From the NCBI GenBank assembly GCA_031409335.1, contig JANNWY010000170.1, positions 1-64,000 of the forward strand: DNA of 64,000 nucleotides. Reading direction: 5' to 3'. The position numbers and the translations under genes were made by a program. The notes under the pieces are model-generated. The model saw only the letters and a program-made list of their open reading frames with translations, ran no database searches and had not been told where the DNA came from. The stretch's first letter is position 1. The number at the start of each line of letters is the position of its first letter. Below, piece by piece: positions 58,479 through 64,000 of the stretch. Source of the stretch: Chthoniobacteraceae bacterium (lineage in GTDB: Bacteria > Verrucomicrobiota > Verrucomicrobiia > Chthoniobacterales > Chthoniobacteraceae).

Positions 58479-61400
58479 ATGCACCGTCGTCCCCTCATTT
58501 TCATTGGCGCGCTCGCGTCGCTTGCCGCCAGTGCTTTTTCACAGGAGGCGATGCTTCAGTATTTCAACACGTCGTGGAAAGAGATCGAGCGGCGCATCCC
58601 GGAAGTCGCCGAGGCGGGCTACACTTCGCTCTGGCTGCCGCCGCCGTCGAAGGGCAGCTCAGGCGGATTTTCGGTCGGCTACGATCCGCTCGATCGCTTC
58701 GATCTCGGCGATAAAAATCAGGCGGGTGGCGTGGCGACGCGCTACGGGACGAAGGCGGATTTGCTGCGGCTGGTCGAGGTCGCGCAGCGGTTCGGACTGC
58801 GCGTGTATTTCGACAACGTGATGGCGCACAACGCGGGGCCGCTCGACAACGTCGCGCCGGGCACGCTTTTCCCCGGCGTCCCGGGCTTCGTGCCGGAGGA
58901 TTTTCATCTCGTGAAAAAGCCGGGCGGCGGCTGGAAGAAGGCGAGCGACAGCATCAACTACAACGACGAGTGGCAGGTGCTGAATCGCAATCCGTTCGCG
59001 TGGGACATCGCGCTGGAGGACTTCGCACCGAATACGCCACCGTACTGGAATACGAGCTTCGATCCGGTCGGGCAGGCGGAGGATACCAACTACGCGAAAT
59101 GGGTCGGCATCCGCCATCCCGGCAAGACCTGGCTTTATCCCGACACCAATCTCCCCGGCGTGACCGATGCGAATGGCATCGTGTTTCGCCCGTTCGCCGA
59201 CAAGGAGCCGTATGTGGACGCGAATGGGAATGGGCGCTTCGACTGGACGGACACAGTAATTGTGAACGGCCAGCACGATGCGGGGGAAGCGAGCGAGGCT
59301 TTCACCGACACGGGCGTCGATCCGACCGTGCCCGCGCACCAGGTCGCGGCGTGGGGTTTCGGCGACGGGCGCTACAATATGGGCAATCCCGTGGCCGAGG
59401 ATGTGAACAACATGCTCATCCGCTCGATCCGCTGGACGATCGACCAGACGGGCTGCGACGGTTTCCGGCTCGATGCCGTGAAGCATGTGCCGAGTTATTT
59501 CTTCGGCCTGCAAAGCGGGAGCAAGGATTCATCGAGCGCGGGTTATTTGGGAAATGCGCAGGCGCAATTCAACCTGACGCGCGGCTTCACCGACTGGTCG
59601 AATCATCGCAACTCCTCGTACTCCACGCGGATCGTGCGCGATGACCTGCTGCTCTTCGGCGAGCACCTCGGCGCACCGCCGAATCCGAACGATTATGTCG
59701 ACGCCGGGATGCGCATCGCGAACGACACCTTCGCGAACAACATCGGCGGCTTCAGCGGCATCGGCTCGAGCATGGTCGGGCTGGATGCGCCGGGTGCATC
59801 CACCTTCGGCGTGGATAACGGGATGATGTATTGCCTGAGCCACGACAACAATTACATGGCCGGCAGCGAGCGCCCCGCCGCGCATCAATACATGCTCACG
59901 CGCGCGGGCGTGCCGATCGTTTATACCGACGGCTACAACATCGCGGGCGGTCCCGATTTTTTTCCAAAGCCGGCCTACATCCCGTTTCTCGGGCAATACG
60001 ATCAGACTTACATCACCGGCGCGCTGCCGGTGCGGCGCGATTTCATGCGCGGCGATCAAATCGCGAAGTGGTCCTCGCAAAATTTCTGCGCGTGGGAATT
60101 TCGCGACAAAAGCGAGAACGCTGGCATGTCCGACGCGGACGGGACGACGGTCGTGGTGATGCACGCGCGGAATTACGTGGCCGGTCAGCAGATGCTGTTT
60201 GGCACCACGTTCCCGGCCGGTGCGCGGCTGCAAAATTACTCGCCGTTTAATGGCGGCTTCCACGCGACGGTCGGCGGCGACGGTCGGCTGCGCGGCGATG
60301 GCGATCCGAATCCCGTGATCGTCCCGACCGGCGGCTACTTCGCTTTTTCCTACGATCTGCCGGAACTGCCCACCGTGTGGAGCGGCTCCTCAAAAGTTCA
60401 CGCCATCGACATTCTCGAAAATGGCGTGCTCGTGCCGACGATCGGCGTGCTGCGCAAGGACGGCGCGAACGGCGACGCGGGATACCAGTACACCGCGCAA
60501 ATCCCGCTCGTGCGCAGCGGCGCGAACCTGCGTTTCACCGCGCGCGCCGATGGCTCGGCGGCAAATTTGCTGATGAAGCTCGATGGCGGGACCGATCTGA
60601 ATTCGCAGATGGGCGCGGGTTTTCCGACGGGCCGCGACAATCCGCCGGGCACCGCGCGCGATACTTTCCTCGGCTACGAGCAGATGCGGTTCGTGCATCG
60701 CACGACGGAAAAATTCGCCGCGCGACTGATTACCTCGCCCGCGCGCGACATCATCGGCTCGGTCGGCGCTGAGAATTGGCAGTGCGCGATCGGCACCGCC
60801 GGTTTCACCCGCATCGACGGCAGCGGCGTGAGCACGGACACGGACACGGCGGATTGGGTCTTTCACAATCCCACCGCCGCCGACATCGACGGCTCCGCGC
60901 AGACGCAGTTTTTCCCCGCGCCCGCCGCCGCCGCCGGGCAACCGATCAGCGTGTGGGTGAAAGTCGGCTACAAGGCCGACGACATCACGGACGCGTGGCT
61001 CTACTACACGACCGACGGCGCGACGTATCCCGAAGGCAGCGTGGGTCAGGGCCGCGGGACGACGCAGACCGTCGCGCTCGCGTTCGATCGCGATGGCGCG
61101 GCGGATGGCAGCGGCACGCCGGAGTGGTGGCGCGGCACGATCCCCGCGCTGCCCGCCGCGACGGTGCTGCGCTACAAGATCGGCGTCCACAAAACCGATG
61201 CCGCGAACCGCTTTCCCACGAACGCGGATCAGATCGAGAAGAAGCAGAAAATGGACACGATGTATGAGGTCGCGAATTTCAACGCGACGACCTGCACCGT
61301 GTATCCGCACAACGATCTCGGCGCGCGGCGCACGGGACTCGCGGAGGGTTTTCATGTGCTGCGGACGCGCGCGTTTTTGTCGCGCATTGGCCAGGCGTCG

Positions 61401-62549
61401 ATCTTCAAAACGAACACGCAGACTTTTTACTACGACACCCAGCGCCCGGCTGGCGCGGTGCTTTTCCCGACTGAAAACGCGACCATCGGCGGCACGACTT
61501 ACGGCTGCGTGGTGGCGACCGATGCGAGCGTGACCGGCGTGCAATTCAACATCCTCGACTCGAACGCGGGGAACGATTCCGCCCCGAATGGCAACGGCGC
61601 GAGCAACTGGGCCGCAGCCACCGAGGTCACGCCCTCGCAACTCGGCGCGACCGGCTACGTGCGCGAGTGGCGCTTTGATTACAAAAACATTCCGGCCAGC
61701 GGTGCCGCGATCGTGAACGTGCGGCTGCGCGAGGCATCGTCCTCCGCGAACAATGCGCTCGACGACACGACCGGCTGGTTCACGACGCTGGAGCGCAACC
61801 TCAACACCGGCTCGACGGTGAATTATCGCATCCAATTCCCGACGACGGACGGCACCGTGGTGGACTCGAACTACATTGGAAAAGTGTATTTCAACAAGAG
61901 CCTCGCCACCGGCATCTCCGCCGCGCAGATGGTGAGTGAATTCACGATCACCGTCGATGACGTGCTCCTCCCGCGCGCCGGCTACGTCTTCATCGCGAAC
62001 GAAACCGCGAACGAAAGCGCGATGTCGTTCCACTTCCCAAATCTCTACACCGGCAACCCCGACGACCTCCACGAACTCCGCGCCACGCACCAGCGCGCCG
62101 ACATTTCCCTCACCGACACGCGCCTCGTCAAAGCCGCCCCCGGCGCGATCGTCGATAGCGACGGCGATGGCCTGCCGGATTATTGGGAGAATCAAAACAG
62201 CCTCGATCCGAACAACCCGGATGGCATCGAAGGCGACGACGGCGACCCCGACGCCGACGGCGTTTCCAACAAACTCGAATTCCTCGCCGACCTGAATCCG
62301 AACGATCCGCTGGAAGGCATCATCGCGGTGACGCCGCTCATTTCCAAAAACGGCGCAACCTGGCGCCTGCAACTGCGCACGATCCCAAACCGCCGCTACC
62401 AAATCGAAAAAAGCGCCGACCTGCTCTCGGGCTGGTCGAATGCGGGCGCGAGCTTCACGGTTCCAACGGCGAACCCCGCTTACCAGTGGAACGATCCCGC
62501 GCCTGACCCGACGAAACGCTTCTACCGCGCGCGGATCAGCCTGCCATAA
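58479..62549 (+). CDS. Large secreted GH13 alpha-amylase family protein
   Basis: MLQYF, LWLPP, GYDPLD, GFRLDAVKH, FGE, SHDN. C-terminal DSDGDGLPD repeat and KRFYRARI tail. Confidence 0.9.
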   Translation: MHRRPLIFIGALASLAASAFSQEAMLQYFNTSWKEIERRIPEVAEAGYTSLWLPPPSKGSSGGFSVGYDPLDRFDLGDKNQAGGVATRYGTKADLLRLVEVAQRFGLRVYFDNVMAHNAGPLDNVAPGTLFPGVPGFVPEDFHLVKKPGGGWKKASDSINYNDEWQVLNRNPFAWDIALEDFAPNTPPYWNTSFDPVGQAEDTNYAKWVGIRHPGKTWLYPDTNLPGVTDANGIVFRPFADKEPYVDANGNGRFDWTDTVIVNGQHDAGEASEAFTDTGVDPTVPAHQVAAWGFGDGRYNMGNPVAEDVNNMLIRSIRWTIDQTGCDGFRLDAVKHVPSYFFGLQSGSKDSSSAGYLGNAQAQFNLTRGFTDWSNHRNSSYSTRIVRDDLLLFGEHLGAPPNPNDYVDAGMRIANDTFANNIGGFSGIGSSMVGLDAPGASTFGVDNGMMYCLSHDNNYMAGSERPAAHQYMLTRAGVPIVYTDGYNIAGGPDFFPKPAYIPFLGQYDQTYITGALPVRRDFMRGDQIAKWSSQNFCAWEFRDKSENAGMSDADGTTVVVMHARNYVAGQQMLFGTTFPAGARLQNYSPFNGGFHATVGGDGRLRGDGDPNPVIVPTGGYFAFSYDLPELPTVWSGSSKVHAIDILENGVLVPTIGVLRKDGANGDAGYQYTAQIPLVRSGANLRFTARADGSAANLLMKLDGGTDLNSQMGAGFPTGRDNPPGTARDTFLGYEQMRFVHRTTEKFAARLITSPARDIIGSVGAENWQCAIGTAGFTRIDGSGVSTDTDTADWVFHNPTAADIDGSAQTQFFPAPAAAAGQPISVWVKVGYKADDITDAWLYYTTDGATYPEGSVGQGRGTTQTVALAFDRDGAADGSGTPEWWRGTIPALPAATVLRYKIGVHKTDAANRFPTNADQIEKKQKMDTMYEVANFNATTCTVYPHNDLGARRTGLAEGFHVLRTRAFLSRIGQASIFKTNTQTFYYDTQRPAGAVLFPTENATIGGTTYGCVVATDASVTGVQFNILDSNAGNDSAPNGNGASNWAAATEVTPSQLGATGYVREWRFDYKNIPASGAAIVNVRLREASSSANNALDDTTGWFTTLERNLNTGSTVNYRIQFPTTDGTVVDSNYIGKVYFNKSLATGISAAQMVSEFTITVDDVLLPRAGYVFIANETANESAMSFHFPNLYTGNPDDLHELRATHQRADISLTDTRLVKAAPGAIVDSDGDGLPDYWENQNSLDPNNPDGIEGDDGDPDADGVSNKLEFLADLNPNDPLEGIIAVTPLISKNGATWRLQLRTIPNRRYQIEKSADLLSGWSNAGASFTVPTANPAYQWNDPAPDPTKRFYRARISLP

Positions 62550-62556
62550 GGCGCAC

Positions 62557-64000
62557 TCACCGATCGGCATGCCGGCGACGAAATCCCAGCACCGCGAGCC
62601 CGGCCACAACCGTCGCGATGATCGAAGGCTCCGGCACCGCGTGAATCGTCACGTCGTTACCCGAGCCGCCAGTGTAGCTGAAAAGCCACGCCTGCCCGCC
62701 CGCGTAAAACACTTCTCCTTCATCAAGCGCGTTCCCGGCAAAGACGAGCGGTGCCGGGACGGATTTCGAAATTGGACTGCCGCTGTCGTTTCGGATCAGG
62801 ATGAACTCGTCGAAATCGTCGATGGGATCGAAGCCCGGCGCGAGTTGCAGATCGAGGGTGACATTGCTTCCGAGTGAAGGCGCATTGAGCGATACGACCC
62901 GATCGAAGAGCGTGCCGGAGTCGAGCAGGATATGCAGAGTCGCGCCGGTTTCCAGTTGCAAGGTTCCCGCAGAAATTTCACCGGCACCAACGCTTGGGTC
63001 CAATGTGCCGTCGATAGATAGATCGCCACTCACGCTGCCGTCGCCAGTGACAGTCGTTCCGGCAATTGCCGTGATACTTCCTGCAAGAGGGCCGCGCAGA
63101 TCAAGGGTGCCTTCGTTGACCATCAGCGTTCCGATGAATTCCGCGCCGTTGGCGATTGTCAACCGACCCAGCCCGCGCTTCGTCAACGGAAAGGAGTTTT
63201 GCGAACTGAGCGGTCCGAGGAGCGAGATATCGAAGCCATTAGTGTCCAGCGCGAAAAAGCCGATGGTGGTCTGGAGGGGCTTCGAGGTCGTCCAGGGGCC
63301 GGTGACTTTGAGCGATCCGGATTCGAGGAATATCTGCGAGCTTTGACCGAAGGCTGCATCTCCGTTGATCGTCAGGTCGGTGTGGATTGTCGTCGGACCC
63401 GTGTAACCGTTCACGCCGGTAATGCTCATCGAGTTGGAGAATTGCAGACTCAGCCCGCCGGGGCCGGTGATCGGTGCGGTGAATTGAAAGACCGAGCCAG
63501 ACGAACCCTGGAAACCGATCACTCCGCCCCCGAGGCGCAATGGACGGTCGAAGACCAGCGTCCCGCCTCCCTCCTGTTCAAAGCCCGCGTTGTAGATGGT
63601 GATTTGACTTGAATCGGGTCCGAAGGCGCTAAGGTCGTTGAACCGAATAAACCCACCATTGATGACCAGCGGCCCGGTGAAGGAATTGGCCTCACCGAGG
63701 CTGATATCCCCTCCGGACAACGTCAGCCCGCCCGTCCCACTTATCGGAGCGTAGATCCGAGCATTTCCCATGATGTGACCCTGCCGGCTGCCAAAGCTAA
63801 GCGGGATCAAAATGACCGAATCGCTCAGTAGCGCCACTCCCCCTGTGATCTCGATGCTCCCGTCGCCAACGATCAGACCACTGCCCGTCATGTCAGAAAG
63901 GCTGTTGACGGTGATCGCTGTGTCGATCGTGGTGAAGCCAGAGTTGGGGAGGCGATAATTTGAGCCTGGAACAGGCGTGAAGCTGTACTCGGCGTCGGTG
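62557..64000 (-). CDS. PEP-CTERM protein with autotransporter-associated beta-strand repeats, 5' end outside window
   Basis: Frame stays open to the window edge. ISGTGGLT, NSFTGPLVINGG, LTKRGLGRLT, YTGGSGNDVTI, VPEP-TM-RRR tail. Confidence 0.9.
   Translation of the reverse strand, partial: TDAEYSFTPVPGSNYRLPNSGFTTIDTAITVNSLSDMTGSGLIVGDGSIEITGGVALLSDSVILIPLSFGSRQGHIMGNARIYAPISGTGGLTLSGGDISLGEANSFTGPLVINGGFIRFNDLSAFGPDSSQITIYNAGFEQEGGGTLVFDRPLRLGGGVIGFQGSSGSVFQFTAPITGPGGLSLQFSNSMSITGVNGYTGPTTIHTDLTINGDAAFGQSSQIFLESGSLKVTGPWTTSKPLQTTIGFFALDTNGFDISLLGPLSSQNSFPLTKRGLGRLTIANGAEFIGTLMVNEGTLDLRGPLAGSITAIAGTTVTGDGSVSGDLSIDGTLDPSVGAGEISAGTLQLETGATLHILLDSGTLFDRVVSLNAPSLGSNVTLDLQLAPGFDPIDDFDEFILIRNDSGSPISKSVPAPLVFAGNALDEGEVFYAGGQAWLFSYTGGSGNDVTIHAVPEPSIIATVVAGLAVLGFRRRHADR

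Noticed and set aside
1..64000. CRISPR arrays, rRNA, tRNA, IS transposases
   Set aside because: No regularly spaced repeat-spacer array, RNA gene signature or transposase motif was seen by eye. tRNAscan-SE and an Rfam scan were not run.

Overview
GC-rich bacterial chromosomal window. PEP-CTERM proteins, an ECF sigma/Ser-Thr kinase pair, a planctomycete-type cytochrome c domain and secreted proteins ending in an R-[FL]-Y-R tail suggest Verrucomicrobiota, possibly Chthoniobacterales-like (inference, not a database result). About 47 CDS are supportable. I saw no rRNA, tRNA, CRISPR array, transposase or integrase. Main content in order: a 2-hydroxycarboxylate transporter and decarboxylating dehydrogenase with a XylR-type regulator; a five-gene sugar-acid operon (FG-GAP propeller, ribulokinase, fucose-isomerase-like protein, NanT-like MFS, DHDPS/NanA-family aldolase) that fits an inferred Kdo-type catabolic route and is flanked by gene remnants; an ECF/kinase pair split by a Phd-VapC toxin-antitoxin module; a fibre/S8 protease operon; housekeeping genes (uup-like ABC-F, cysteine desulfurase, M16 pair, CBS-PPase, prfC); and an accessory stretch near prfC. 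The most striking structure is an integrase-less 2.8-kb cassette carrying one PEP-CTERM surface protein, bounded by a 135-bp direct repeat of the prfC promoter and first 30 codons. About 1.3 kb upstream of it lies a second gene-end duplication (3' end of a TPR gene) that brackets an HDOD gene.
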